Of a stretch of DNA of 47,010 nucleotides, positions 1 through 10,223 are shown piece after piece (positions within the stretch are counted from its first letter, which is position 1; every line of letters begins with the position of its first letter). Source of the DNA: a virus. The stretch lies in UHGV virus genome UHGV-1364479, one strand, 5' to 3'. A program made the position numbers and the translations under genes. The notes under the pieces are model-generated. The model was not told the origin of the DNA, did not search any database, and was given only the letters and a program-made list of their open reading frames with translations.

Positions 1-2
1 AT

Positions 3-125
3 TTGATAGCCTCCGCACCAGAATTACTGGAAGCGCTGCTGGATTTAGAAGCTCGCGCATGTGTCTACGTTAACACCTCGAAAGCTAAAGATGCCATCGC
101 CAAAGCCCTCGGAGAATCCAAATGA
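3..125 (+). CDS. 3' end of a CDS that starts beyond the window edge (C-terminal 40 aa ...LLDLEARACVYVNTSKAKDAIAKALGESK)
   Basis: Open frame from window edge to TGA 123-125; stop overlaps next ATG (ATGA coupling). Confidence 0.3.
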   Translation: MIASAPELLEALLDLEARACVYVNTSKAKDAIAKALGESK

Positions 126-238
126 TTCGCCACGAAATCCGCAAAGAAGACCAGAAAGGATGGTTCAAGTTCAAGATTCAACTGGCGGTTATCTTTATTA
201 GTGTTGCCGTGATTAGTTTTTATTGCTTATCGAAGTGA
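122..238 (+). CDS. small hydrophobic protein, 38 aa (MIRHEIRKEDQKGWFKFKIQLAVIFISVAVISFYCLSK)
   Basis: ATG 122 overlapping upstream stop; one predicted TM helix; below ORF-track cutoff. Confidence 0.3.
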   Translation: MIRHEIRKEDQKGWFKFKIQLAVIFISVAVISFYCLSK

Positions 239-245
239 GGAAGAT

Positions 246-1055
246 ATGACATCTCTCGGAAAAATTTACTCAGACAAAGAAACACGAAACGGCATCGCTG
301 TTAACAAAACCTATCTCGTGCCAGTGGAGCAAATCTATCTGGAGCCGGGATACAACATCCGTGAAGCAGATGAGCAGCATGTGGAGTATTTCGCGCAGTG
401 CTGGGAATCAGGCCAACCACTGCCAGCATTAACAGTTATTCCTGATGAAAAGGGAATCCGCATTCTTGATGGTCAGCATCGCTATCTCGGCGCATTGCGT
501 GCCATTGAGCGTGGTGCGCCAATCGTTCGAATTGAGTGCAAGGATTTCACTGGCGATGAGGCGGATAAAATCGCCTTCATGGTGTCATCCAGTCAGGGTA
601 AGCAGCTTGACCCGTTTGAGCGTGCGAAGGCTTACACGCGACTGAAAGGCTTTGGCTGGACGAATGAAGAAATCGCCAAAAAGGTAGGTCGTTCAGTATC
701 TGACGTGCAGATGCACCTGTCACTGGGTGATGTTCCAGCGGAAGTAAAAGCTCGAATCAGTGCCGGGCAAATCAGCTATGCAAATGCCGTAGCTGTAACG
801 CGCGAGCATGGCGATGATGCGGTAAAAGTTATCGACGAGGCAGTAGAAGAAGCCAAAGCACAAGGTAAGGACAAGGTCACAGCGAAGGTTCTGAAGTCGA
901 AAAAGATTAAGCCAGTAGACCGCCTGATTGAGTTATTAAAGCCAGCTGACCATGTGATTCTTCCTGCTGGTCATGTGGTGGCAGAGGATGAGGAATTTAT
1001 CCAGATTCCTGTCGCTGATATTCACGAGGTTATGGCAATTCTGGAGAAGATGTGA
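246..1055 (+). CDS. ParB/Srx-fold nuclease-domain protein carrying the DGQHR signature (DndB-like family)
   Basis: 269-aa ORF, RBS GAGGAAGAT before ATG; literal motif ILDGQHRYLGA matching the DGQHR/ParB N-terminal domain; C-terminal half helical, charged. Confidence 0.75.
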   Translation: MTSLGKIYSDKETRNGIAVNKTYLVPVEQIYLEPGYNIREADEQHVEYFAQCWESGQPLPALTVIPDEKGIRILDGQHRYLGALRAIERGAPIVRIECKDFTGDEADKIAFMVSSSQGKQLDPFERAKAYTRLKGFGWTNEEIAKKVGRSVSDVQMHLSLGDVPAEVKARISAGQISYANAVAVTREHGDDAVKVIDEAVEEAKAQGKDKVTAKVLKSKKIKPVDRLIELLKPADHVILPAGHVVAEDEEFIQIPVADIHEVMAILEKM

Positions 1056-1278
1056 TGGCAAAATAACCATAACAATCCACAAGTGCGATAGATGCGGACA
1101 TGAAACCAAAAATCCTGATGAGTATATTGATGGTGAGCGCGGAGAACTTACCGCCGCATACAAGGGGAGTATTGGCCAAGACTGCGGAGGGATTAACATT
1201 CAGGAATGCAAGTGGCTTTGCCTGAAGTGCACAAAGCAATTCATTGAATTTATGACAGGCGAGAATAATGAACGCTGA
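973..1278 (+). CDS. Zn-ribbon protein (CxxC...CxxC), start codon unresolved
   Basis: Frame +1 ORF with CDRCGHE...CLKC; no ATG/GTG/TTG downstream of ParB-like stop, only ATGs at 973/988 inside the ParB-like gene (80-nt overlap). Confidence 0.3.
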   Translation: MWWQRMRNLSRFLSLIFTRLWQFWRRCDGKITITIHKCDRCGHETKNPDEYIDGERGELTAAYKGSIGQDCGGINIQECKWLCLKCTKQFIEFMTGENNER

Positions 1279-1441
1279 ACAATTCATCGAAAAACAACTC
1301 CGCAACAAGATGCCTGACATTGACCAGATGGCAATTGATGCGGCAATTCAGTATTACAAGCGCAATCAGAGCACAAAGAAGGGTGGTATTTTTGAAGAAT
1401 GCCTGAAGGTTGCAAAACAACACATGATTAAGGTGAAGTGA
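1268..1441 (+). CDS. hypothetical protein, 57 aa
   Basis: ATG 1268, stop TGA 1439-1441 sharing one nt with next ATG (TGATG coupling). Confidence 0.35.
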   Translation: MNAEQFIEKQLRNKMPDIDQMAIDAAIQYYKRNQSTKKGGIFEECLKVAKQHMIKVK

Positions 1442-1977
1442 TGAAACTAAAAATAAGCAAATTATTACTTGAATCAGCATTAATCTTTCAGGCGCGCAAT
1501 GATGTGCGATATTACCTGAACGGTATCTGCTTTATGCCAGATGGTCGTGTTGCATCAACTGATGGTCATCGTGCATTTATTGGCAGCAGTCATGACAATA
1601 AGCTGACAGAAAATGTGATTATCAAGATTGGCAAATCTCCAACAAAACGTTATGAGTACGCCATCATTGATACTAAGTCAAAAATTGCAACGTATCATGA
1701 TGAAGCTGGTGTGATGGTTGGTGCTGACATCTGTGAAGAGATTGATGGAAGATTCCCTGATATTGATCGCGTGATACCGAAGGAAACAAAAGCAGCAGAG
1801 GAAATTGGCTTTAATGCTGGTTACCTTGTGGATATTGAGAAAGTTGCGAAGCTGTTTAATCCAAAATTCTGTGGTGTCAAATTTGAACTGAATGGAAACA
1901 CAGATGCCGCAGTTTGCTGCCTTAGTGCGCCAACTGGTGAGACTGCAAAGATTGTTGTTATGCCAATGCGGCTATAG
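1441..1977 (+). CDS. hypothetical protein, 178 aa; N-terminus reminiscent of a beta-sliding-clamp (DnaN) domain
   Basis: ORF track 1438..1977 (GTG), ATG at 1441; pattern MKLKISKLLLESAL...NGICF...DGRVASTDGHRA resembles DnaN domain I start; weak. Confidence 0.55.
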   Translation: MKLKISKLLLESALIFQARNDVRYYLNGICFMPDGRVASTDGHRAFIGSSHDNKLTENVIIKIGKSPTKRYEYAIIDTKSKIATYHDEAGVMVGADICEEIDGRFPDIDRVIPKETKAAEEIGFNAGYLVDIEKVAKLFNPKFCGVKFELNGNTDAAVCCLSAPTGETAKIVVMPMRL

Positions 1978-1982
1978 CAATC

Positions 1983-2010
1983 AAAAGCCCCATTACGGGG
2001 CTTTTCTTTT
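1983..2010. terminator. bidirectional rho-independent terminator (AAAGCCCC-ATTAC-GGGGCTTT + T-run)
   Basis: GC hairpin flanked by A-run upstream and T-run downstream, between convergent genes. Confidence 0.65.
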
Positions 2011-2011
2011 A

Positions 2012-2830
2012 TCACGCCAGATAAGTATCATCCTCAAACCACGAGACATACGCATTGATATTCTGCACCGCAGTATCCAGTGATGTTATGCGAAGCAAAT
2101 ACGTCGTATTTGGTGCCATGATAATCTGCTCGCCGAGTTTCGCCTGCGAGCTACCCTGACCCTGATTCGATGCGTTGCCCTCACTGTACGTCGCCGCCAC
2201 CGTCAGTTGCCCAATACTTGTGATCGTAGAGCCAGTCAGAAGCTGCGCCGTTGCAGTATGCGACGCTATGTCATTTGGGTTATTAATCTCCGCAGCAGTG
2301 CCGCCAGTGGCTACAGCTCCACGGTAGATTGACGCTACGACACCCTTACCGGTGTAGCCGATGATGCGTTGATTAAAAACGACCTGTTTTGAGCCGGTAA
2401 TAAAAATGCTGTCAAGGTTAGCTCCGCCAGCAACGTCAGTCACGCGACGCGATGCGGTGAATAACTTCCCTTGCTTGTTAGCAAACTCTGCATAGGACTG
2501 CGCGACAACCTGACTTGATGGTACTGATGTGGCAGATCGCCATACCAGGACTTTCATGGATGCAATGCCAGCTGGTATTTGTGACTTAATCACCTTCAGT
2601 CGCAGCGCCACGCCATAATAATTATTATTGTTGACGTAAATCCAGAAATCACCAGACGCAAACGGCGATACCATTACGGAAACAGCCCCGCTTGTTAATG
2701 GCTCATAGCCACCGGAGGAATTTAGCGGCACAATCTGTACCTGCAGTGCTGACCAGTCTGCTGACATGGTTTCGCTAAGCAAAACCTCTCCATCAGCCGG
2801 AGTTGTGTTTATTTCGTACCTGATAGCCAT
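2012..2830 (-). CDS. hypothetical virion-associated protein, 272 aa (downstream of capsid gene)
   Basis: ORF 2012..2857; likely start M10 (MAIRYEINTTP) preceded by GGGGGG RBS; Thr/Ser/Gly-rich beta-type sequence. Confidence 0.55.
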   Translation of the reverse strand: MAIRYEINTTPADGEVLLSETMSADWSALQVQIVPLNSSGGYEPLTSGAVSVMVSPFASGDFWIYVNNNNYYGVALRLKVIKSQIPAGIASMKVLVWRSATSVPSSQVVAQSYAEFANKQGKLFTASRRVTDVAGGANLDSIFITGSKQVVFNQRIIGYTGKGVVASIYRGAVATGGTAAEINNPNDIASHTATAQLLTGSTITSIGQLTVAATYSEGNASNQGQGSSQAKLGEQIIMAPNTTYLLRITSLDTAVQNINAYVSWFEDDTYLA

Positions 2831-2842
2831 AGAACCCCCCCA

Positions 2843-2868
2843 ATAAAAAACCCGCATAATGCGGGTTC
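2843..2868 (-). terminator. rho-independent terminator on minus strand (AACCCGCATTATGCGGGTT + U6)
   Basis: Hairpin 2850-2867 followed on minus strand by TTTTTT; lies after the capsid gene and the 65-aa gene. Confidence 0.55.
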
Positions 2869-2871
2869 AGT

Positions 2872-3069
2872 TTACTCTGCTTTCTTTTTCTTTGTCGTCT
2901 TTTCTTGTGGGGTTGCGACTTCGAAAGACTTTTCCAGCTCTGGCATAACGCGCAGCTTTGACATCAGATGATCAGCTGGTTCGGTAATCACCTCGCCAAG
3001 CTGTAACTCACGAATCTTGCCTTTCTCCTTAACAAAGATTCCGCGTGCGATGACTTCGTATTTAGCCAT
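2872..3069 (-). CDS. hypothetical protein, 65 aa, Lys-rich C-terminus
   Basis: ORF with RBS GAGGTGAATAATG; between capsid gene and terminator. Confidence 0.5.
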   Translation of the reverse strand: MAKYEVIARGIFVKEKGKIRELQLGEVITEPADHLMSKLRVMPELEKSFEVATPQEKTTKKKKAE

Positions 3070-3083
3070 TATTCACCTCAATT

Positions 3084-3111
3084 CATAAAGGGGCTTTCGC
3101 CCCTTTTTTTA
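3084..3111. terminator. stem-loop AGGGGC-TTTC-GCCCCT with T7 run (strong in + orientation, weaker attenuator in - orientation) immediately after capsid gene
   Basis: Perfect 6-bp GC stem; T-run on + strand, UUUAUGAAUU on - strand. Confidence 0.4.
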
Positions 3112-4182
3112 TTACACCGGAGTTTGCGTGCCGTAGCCGTTGAATACTCTGGATTTGCCAGTGGCATCCTTGCGAATTTGCAGACCAAAAGCCGACCACA
3201 CGAGGAAGTTAAAGTTATCGTGCGGGTTAGCACGGGCTGCCGCATAGGTGGAAACAGGCTGAGCAACACGCGGACGGATGTACATGTCGTTGCGAACGTA
3301 GCCAACGAAATGGTTACCAGTCAGCAGGAAGTTGGTGCCAATCTTGCCGATACGACCATTGCCGAACTGAGTGATGTACTGCTCAACCGTGCCGCCTTTG
3401 AAGCCAGCCGCATTAGAATACGGACGCATGAAGCTACGGCGCACTGCCGGGGAAACCCACAGAGTCACCTGCTCAAATACGTTCTGCGCATCCAGAATAG
3501 CCTGGAAATCCTGATTGAAGAAGGTCACGATTTCGTCTGGCGTCGCGGTTTGCAGGTCGATATTCAGGCCGCCGGAAGCGTTCAGGTTAACCTGAACGGT
3601 GTTCGGGTGGTTGGTGATACCGTAACCAGTGTAAACGCCGTTCACATTCAGAGTCTGGTCGCCAGTCAGCAGGTACTGCGCCATATCGGAACGCAGGTTA
3701 AAGGTGACGTTAGCCTGATCGTCAAGCAGTGGGTCAAAACCTTCAGACTGCATACCCAGCAGTTCGCGCCATTCGCGGCTGTAGCCAGTTTTGAAGATTG
3801 GAATCACATCGCCAGTGTAATCGTAGCGAGTTTTATCCAAGTCTTCCGGCTCCTGACCAGACAGTGTGCGGACTACCTTACCAGCATCGGAAGCAATGCG
3901 GCTGATTGCCACAGTCTTACCTATGTTGATGTTTGCTGCGATACCCATCAGGTCAGCCATCATGTCCTGACCAGCTTCGTTACGGAAAACGCGGGTGGTG
4001 ACGCTATCCACGTCGCGCCAGTAGTCTTTCGTTACCAGCGCGGTGGCGTTCACACCGTAGGTTTTCGCCAGCTCAGCTTCTGCATTGCAGAACACCTTAC
4101 GGTCGATGGTCAGATGTTTCCACTGGTCAGCCACTACTGCGGAGTTGGCTACCAAGTCTTTGGTAAAAATAATCTTTTCCAT
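3112..4182 (-). CDS. major capsid protein (HK97-fold)
   Basis: 356-aa ORF directly downstream of protease/scaffold and decoration genes; Gly/Thr-rich composition typical of MCPs; flanked by terminators. Confidence 0.75.
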   Translation of the reverse strand: MEKIIFTKDLVANSAVVADQWKHLTIDRKVFCNAEAELAKTYGVNATALVTKDYWRDVDSVTTRVFRNEAGQDMMADLMGIAANINIGKTVAISRIASDAGKVVRTLSGQEPEDLDKTRYDYTGDVIPIFKTGYSREWRELLGMQSEGFDPLLDDQANVTFNLRSDMAQYLLTGDQTLNVNGVYTGYGITNHPNTVQVNLNASGGLNIDLQTATPDEIVTFFNQDFQAILDAQNVFEQVTLWVSPAVRRSFMRPYSNAAGFKGGTVEQYITQFGNGRIGKIGTNFLLTGNHFVGYVRNDMYIRPRVAQPVSTYAAARANPHDNFNFLVWSAFGLQIRKDATGKSRVFNGYGTQTPV

Positions 4183-4184
4183 TA

Positions 4185-5941
<1,757 letters not shown>

Positions 5942-5956
5942 CGCGTAGCTCCACGG

Positions 5957-6079
5957 TTAGTTTGTGGTCGAATTATAACACAGGGAGATATAGCACCATG
6001 AGGCGGTAGCCAGTGCAAACAATGGCGAATCAGTGAGTGCGTAGAGCGTGAGAAAGTAAGTGATAGGGATTATGTTCAT
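5957..6079 (-). CDS. small membrane protein, 40 aa (MNIIPITYFLTLYALTDSPLFALATASWCYISLCYNSTTN)
   Basis: Strong SD AGGAGG 6 nt before ATG; hydrophobic; below ORF-track cutoff. Confidence 0.4.
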   Translation of the reverse strand: MNIIPITYFLTLYALTDSPLFALATASWCYISLCYNSTTN

Positions 6080-6134
6080 GGGCTACCTCCTGATTAAATG
6101 ATAGCAGCCCATGATGAACAAAAGATATACGGTG

Positions 6135-6281
6135 TTAGTCTGAAATCACATCATCCATGAATGCAAGTGCGGCACCTGAAAGACAGAACAGAGCGCCATA
6201 GCAAATCATCTGGTACAGAGTATCAGCCTCAAATACTCTCGCGAATGCGTATGCTGATAATATCCAAAGCAATGGAATCAT
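6135..6281 (-). CDS. small membrane protein, 48 aa
   Basis: ATGA overlap with upstream gene stop; two hydrophobic segments. Confidence 0.35.
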   Translation of the reverse strand: MIPLLWILSAYAFARVFEADTLYQMICYGALFCLSGAALAFMDDVISD

Positions 6282-6604
6282 AACCCAGCCTCCTGCTTTG
6301 CGCGATGCACGTATGACATAAACTTGCCAATCGGCATTTCCTTCCGGATTTGCGCCAGAATTGCGCCGTGAATCATTCTTTCCTCGCCGTAATACAGTTT
6401 ATCAAGACGAGTTTTAATAAGTGTTCGCGTGCGCTTCATGTGGTCGCGTGCCTTAAGTGCCTTCTCGTGCCAGACGCGGTCATTCTTCTTATCCGCATAC
6501 TGCAGTTGACGCTCAACGGTTTCGATTTCAAATGCCAGTTGCATGTCATAATCTTCAAGCTGAATGATGTCTGCTTTCATAATGTCGTTTAGTTGGATAA
6601 TCAT
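6278..6604 (-). CDS. hypothetical protein, 108 aa
   Basis: ORF, ATGA-type coupling with neighbours. Confidence 0.5.
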   Translation of the reverse strand: MIIQLNDIMKADIIQLEDYDMQLAFEIETVERQLQYADKKNDRVWHEKALKARDHMKRTRTLIKTRLDKLYYGEERMIHGAILAQIRKEMPIGKFMSYVHRAKQEAGL

Positions 6605-6954
6605 TTTTTCACCTTTAAGCCTGCGTTATTAATTTGCTCGCGATAATGGTCATCAACATTTGGACCATGATCGTTTGGGCATGGGCACGCTTGAATCTCA
6701 ATTTCTTCGCGTGATGCCTTCCAAACTTCCCATTTGCTTTGCGCAGATGGGTTACCAACATATCCATCTTTCTTTCTCATTGATGGAGTTATTTTCCAGT
6801 TGCTTCTTTTATTGAACCACTTTTCAAACCGCTCTCTACTCGTCATCTCCACCTTCTCCACTATCCAGCCCATCTTTCTACGGTTATTGGCGATAAACTC
6901 ATCTGATGTCATAAACAGAGTTCTGCCAGATTTGTGCTTAATAACCCATCTCAT
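6601..6954 (-). CDS. hypothetical protein, 117 aa (CPCP motif near C-terminus)
   Basis: ORF in tightly packed minus-strand cluster. Confidence 0.5.
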   Translation of the reverse strand: MRWVIKHKSGRTLFMTSDEFIANNRRKMGWIVEKVEMTSRERFEKWFNKRSNWKITPSMRKKDGYVGNPSAQSKWEVWKASREEIEIQACPCPNDHGPNVDDHYREQINNAGLKVKK

Positions 6955-7114
6955 TTAGTACGTCCTCAGCAAGTTTGCGGAACATGATTTGCACCCTTGC
7001 TACTTTTCGCCACTCAGCCTCGGTGAGAATCACATCCTCATGCTGCGGTATTCCTGACATTTCGCATGGTGGCAATAGCTCATATTCTTGTTTCTTACGC
7101 TTGGCTTTCCCCAT
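6938..7114 (-). CDS. hypothetical protein, 58 aa
   Basis: RBS AGAGG 5 nt before ATG 7114; overlaps neighbours by 17-20 nt. Confidence 0.35.
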   Translation of the reverse strand: MGKAKRKKQEYELLPPCEMSGIPQHEDVILTEAEWRKVARVQIMFRKLAEDVLNEMGY

Positions 7115-7568
7115 GATAACCTCTTGCGCTGCGAAGAAGTGAATTAAACATATTGCTCACGTTTACTTCATGCTCCTGCCATGAGTAGCGCCATAGCTTC
7201 TTGTGGTGGTCATAACTTCTCGTCACATCACCGTTATGAAACATAATGCGGATGCGGCTTTTCACGATTCGGTAATCAATGCCAGTGACGGAGCTGATTT
7301 CTTTCACCTCAGCGCCAGCGTTATCAAGCAAATGGCACTTAATCGCATCATCAATACCATCCGCATCATCAGAGATGAAATATTTATACTGCCACTTGCC
7401 ACCACGAATAACTGACTTCTCGCGGCGAATTAATCCAAGAGCAAGCATCTCATGTAGACGATGCGTTGTGGTGCTTGAATGCTTACCGCCGCAATGCTTC
7501 TCAATATATGCACGCGTTGCGCCTGGATGATTAACAATCACGCGCATGATTTGTGATTTATAGTCCAT
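7095..7568 (-). CDS. putative winged-helix DNA-binding protein
   Basis: ORF 7095..7601; probable start M12 with RBS AGAGGAA; helix-turn-wing pattern HRLHEMLALGLIRREKSVIRGGKWQYKY. Confidence 0.4.
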   Translation of the reverse strand: MDYKSQIMRVIVNHPGATRAYIEKHCGGKHSSTTTHRLHEMLALGLIRREKSVIRGGKWQYKYFISDDADGIDDAIKCHLLDNAGAEVKEISSVTGIDYRIVKSRIRIMFHNGDVTRSYDHHKKLWRYSWQEHEVNVSNMFNSLLRSARGYHGESQA

Positions 7569-7809
7569 AATCGCGTTCCTCTGCTGCCTGATTGAAGTCA
7601 TCTGCGGTGTAGAGGTGCCCGTTGCGACGATTCCATGTCTTTATTGCCAATTCCGGTGACTTACCATGCTCTGTTTTTAGCAAACATGAGTCGCACTCAA
7701 CATAACTCCAGCCACCTACTGTTTTAACCAGATAAATTTCACTGGACGCGCAGCATGGGCACTCAAGCAATCCGTTCTCATTCATCATTGGCATGTGTGG
7801 TGCGCTCAT
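7558..7809 (-). CDS. Lar-family restriction alleviation protein
   Basis: 83 aa; paired Cys motifs CPCC...ECDSC and C-terminal AIKTWNRRNG matching the Lar signature (two CxxC pairs, ...WNRR). Confidence 0.55.
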   Translation of the reverse strand: MSAPHMPMMNENGLLECPCCASSEIYLVKTVGGWSYVECDSCLLKTEHGKSPELAIKTWNRRNGHLYTADDFNQAAEERDYGL

Positions 7810-8036
7810 TTTGTCATATCCTTAGGTATCTTATTCATGTTTAACTTGCACAGTCTTATCAGAACTCGGTCGCGCCTGTACCTCCACTCCTTTTTGCTGC
7901 GCATAGATTGTTCAAGCAGTGTGCGAAACGTAATATCCTGCCGCTGATTTCTTGACTTCTTGTTTCTGGCGTTGGACTCTCTGATGTCAGCGATAATCAA
8001 GTCAACTAACGTGCTGAACTTTCTCATTTTAACCAC
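7806..8036 (-). CDS. hypothetical basic protein, 76 aa
   Basis: ORF, ATGA coupling. Confidence 0.45.
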   Translation of the reverse strand: MVKMRKFSTLVDLIIADIRESNARNKKSRNQRQDITFRTLLEQSMRSKKEWRYRRDRVLIRLCKLNMNKIPKDMTK

Positions 8037-8218
8037 TCTCCCAAGTTGTTAAATTTAGGCGTATCACCTGACCAGTCGATAACATCTTTCTGCTGGCTGC
8101 GCTTGCGTTGCAGGCGGTTGCGTACTTCACGCAGTTCGCATTCCAGCCATTCGCGAGTGCGCTCAACTTCATTCAGCCGCTGGATTAGCGAGTTTTCGTA
8201 TAATTCGTCATGCGCCAT
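8024..8218 (-). CDS. hypothetical protein, 64 aa
   Basis: ORF. Confidence 0.4.
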   Translation of the reverse strand: MAHDELYENSLIQRLNEVERTREWLECELREVRNRLQRKRSQQKDVIDWSGDTPKFNNLGEWLK

Positions 8219-8278
8219 TTGTAATTTCTCCCGTAGAATTTGATAACAACGTGTTCAACGCACAGATAACCTTCATCT

Positions 8279-8506
8279 TCAACCGTTACTGGTTGAACTA
8301 TAAAGCAACGCAGATATAAGTTCGTCAGCCTTTTCACGACCAGCAACCTCCGCTTCAAGTGCCAGTGAACACATGGCAGTTTCCACATACTTAATGGTAT
8401 CTTCGCGAACGTTAAGGATTTCCATAACCTCGCGCACCTCTTTCTGGTATCTCGCTGCTATTTCTTTGTATCGCATTTCCACATCACCTTTTCCGTTGTG
8501 GTACAA
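8279..8506 (-). CDS. hypothetical protein, 75 aa
   Basis: First gene of leftward early cluster, downstream of divergent promoter region. Confidence 0.45.
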   Translation of the reverse strand: MYHNGKGDVEMRYKEIAARYQKEVREVMEILNVREDTIKYVETAMCSLALEAEVAGREKADELISALLYSSTSNG

Positions 8507-8560
8507 TCTACGTCAATAAGTATTGACTAAGTGATGTAGAAACGTCAAGATGTTTTTCGA
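8507..8560. promoter_or_regulatory. divergent promoter region with two inverted copies of the TTGACGT(A/TT)CTA motif
   Basis: tctacgtcaa 8507-8516 and gtagaaacgtcaa 8536-8548; TTGACT-17-CAAGAT towards + strand gene at 8576. Confidence 0.4.
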
Positions 8561-8575
8561 GAAGGAGTAGTAAAT

Positions 8576-8800
8576 ATGCCAAGACCACGACGAGAGCCGA
8601 TGGACATTATCACCAGCATTGTGGAGAAGCGGCAGCCGCTGACACTCCGTGATGTTCGCTACTTTGCTCGTTGCTATGTGGCGCTGGCTGATATGCCAAA
8701 GGATGATATGTATGATTTGATTCGGGCCAATTTTAATGTTGATGAACACAATCGCGTCACTATGCCGCGACGCGAGATGATTAAGTGGAGAGAGAAATGA
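8576..8800 (+). CDS. hypothetical protein, 74 aa
   Basis: RBS GAAGGAG 8 nt before ATG. Confidence 0.55.
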   Translation: MPRPRREPMDIITSIVEKRQPLTLRDVRYFARCYVALADMPKDDMYDLIRANFNVDEHNRVTMPRREMIKWREK

Positions 8801-9276
8801 AAAAGTGGGAATATCGAAAGGGTTGTGAGGCGGATTTTGTTGGTGGTCATACTGAGGCTACGCATAAGTATTTGCATAAGGAATGCAAGCATCCTGTTTG
8901 GACTTCCAAGCCAGAAATCATTAAGGAGGCATTATTCGATTTGGTGGCGCTCCGTGAGCCAGGCACCGATGAAGATGACTTGAATGAATGCATTGGAGCG
9001 CCGGAAGCAGATACAACAGAGCAACTCATCACCGAACGCGGTAGCCGATACGGTAAATTCAAAGACGGTGCTGAAATCATGCAGGAGCTGAAAGATGTGA
9101 TGCGAGAGGTGGATGGCTGGCATAATCTGACGCCAAGCCAACGCGAGGCGCTCGACATGATTCAGCACAAAATTGGACGCATTCTGAATGGCGACCCGAC
9201 ATATGATGATAGCTGGAAGGATATTGCTGGCTATGCGACGTTAATTGTTAATGAACTGAATGGAGAGATTAAATAA
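8797..9276 (+). CDS. hypothetical protein, 159 aa
   Basis: ORF 8785..9276; ATG 8797 preceded by GGAGAG, overlaps upstream stop. Confidence 0.5.
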   Translation: MKKWEYRKGCEADFVGGHTEATHKYLHKECKHPVWTSKPEIIKEALFDLVALREPGTDEDDLNECIGAPEADTTEQLITERGSRYGKFKDGAEIMQELKDVMREVDGWHNLTPSQREALDMIQHKIGRILNGDPTYDDSWKDIAGYATLIVNELNGEIK

Positions 9277-9488
9277 TGGCACCACCTAAACATGATGAAC
9301 CTGTTTATCTCCATGTTGAGCAAATTAATGGTAGAAGCATGATTGTCGATCAAGACGGACGCAGGGTTGCCGGTGTGGTTAACTTCAATCTCGGCGCATC
9401 TTTTGATGGAGTATCCACAATCACTGCGACAATCGAATCGGCAACATATGGCGAAAACGGCAAAATCCATATCACTACAGGAGCATAA
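9276..9488 (+). CDS. hypothetical protein, 70 aa
   Basis: TAATG coupling. Confidence 0.5.
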   Translation: MAPPKHDEPVYLHVEQINGRSMIVDQDGRRVAGVVNFNLGASFDGVSTITATIESATYGENGKIHITTGA

Positions 9489-9489
9489 A

Positions 9490-9753
9490 ATGTCATTCTG
9501 CGACATCACCATCGCGCAACGAAACGCGAACTATACCAACATTGCTGACACATCCGCACAACTGGTATCACTGAACAGTGACGGTAGCGCAGTCCTGAAA
9601 ATCGGCACGGAAACGGCGCAATTCATCGTGCAGAATCTGTCACAGGCGAACGCAAAGCAGGTGCTGATTAGCACGGGTAGCGTGCTGTTTCTGGCGGGTA
9701 ATTACAATGCGCCAAATCTTGAGTGCTCATTAGTCCGCATTGTGGAGGAGTAA
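9490..9753 (+). CDS. hypothetical protein, 87 aa
   Basis: ATG 9490 preceded by GGAG; longer track ORF 9343 start lacks RBS. Confidence 0.5.
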   Translation: MSFCDITIAQRNANYTNIADTSAQLVSLNSDGSAVLKIGTETAQFIVQNLSQANAKQVLISTGSVLFLAGNYNAPNLECSLVRIVEE

Positions 9754-9754
9754 A

Positions 9755-10093
9755 ATGAAAATCGAAAAAATATCACCAGCCAGCATGTTGATTAGCGATG
9801 TTGGGAGTGACCTGGTATTTAAGCGCAATGACCGACATTATCTGGTGGCTCCTGACATTACGATTGAATCTGGAGGGGTGAAATTCCGCATCCCGGCAAA
9901 AGCTATAGACCTTGAGATGGTGAGTTGCACGGGGGAGGCTGGTGACTTGGCATTCACTGCTGTTGATGGCTACAACGTTCGAGTTGAGCATAGCGCCGAT
10001 GGCAATGTAGCTAAATTCACATCAAAAGTAGAGAGGGAGCGCAAGCAAATAGAGGAGTCCGCTGATGAACCAACAGCATCACCAGCAGAGTGA
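9755..10093 (+). CDS. hypothetical protein, 112 aa
   Basis: ATG 9755 preceded by GAGGAG. Confidence 0.5.
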   Translation: MKIEKISPASMLISDVGSDLVFKRNDRHYLVAPDITIESGGVKFRIPAKAIDLEMVSCTGEAGDLAFTAVDGYNVRVEHSADGNVAKFTSKVERERKQIEESADEPTASPAE

Positions 10094-10220
10094 GCCACCA
10101 AAACCATCGGCATGGTGCGAGGAAATGGAACGTAACGCAAAAGATGGAGATGAGGCTTATACTTATTTTCAGCTGAAGCAGATGTGGAAGCAGAGAGAAA
10201 TCTCAGAGCAAGCCAATTAA
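10065..10220 (+). CDS. hypothetical His/Gln-rich protein, 51 aa
   Basis: RBS AGAGGAG 8 nt before ATG; below ORF-track cutoff; followed directly by terminator. Confidence 0.4.
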   Translation: MNQQHHQQSEPPKPSAWCEEMERNAKDGDEAYTYFQLKQMWKQREISEQAN

Positions 10221-10223
10221 ACA

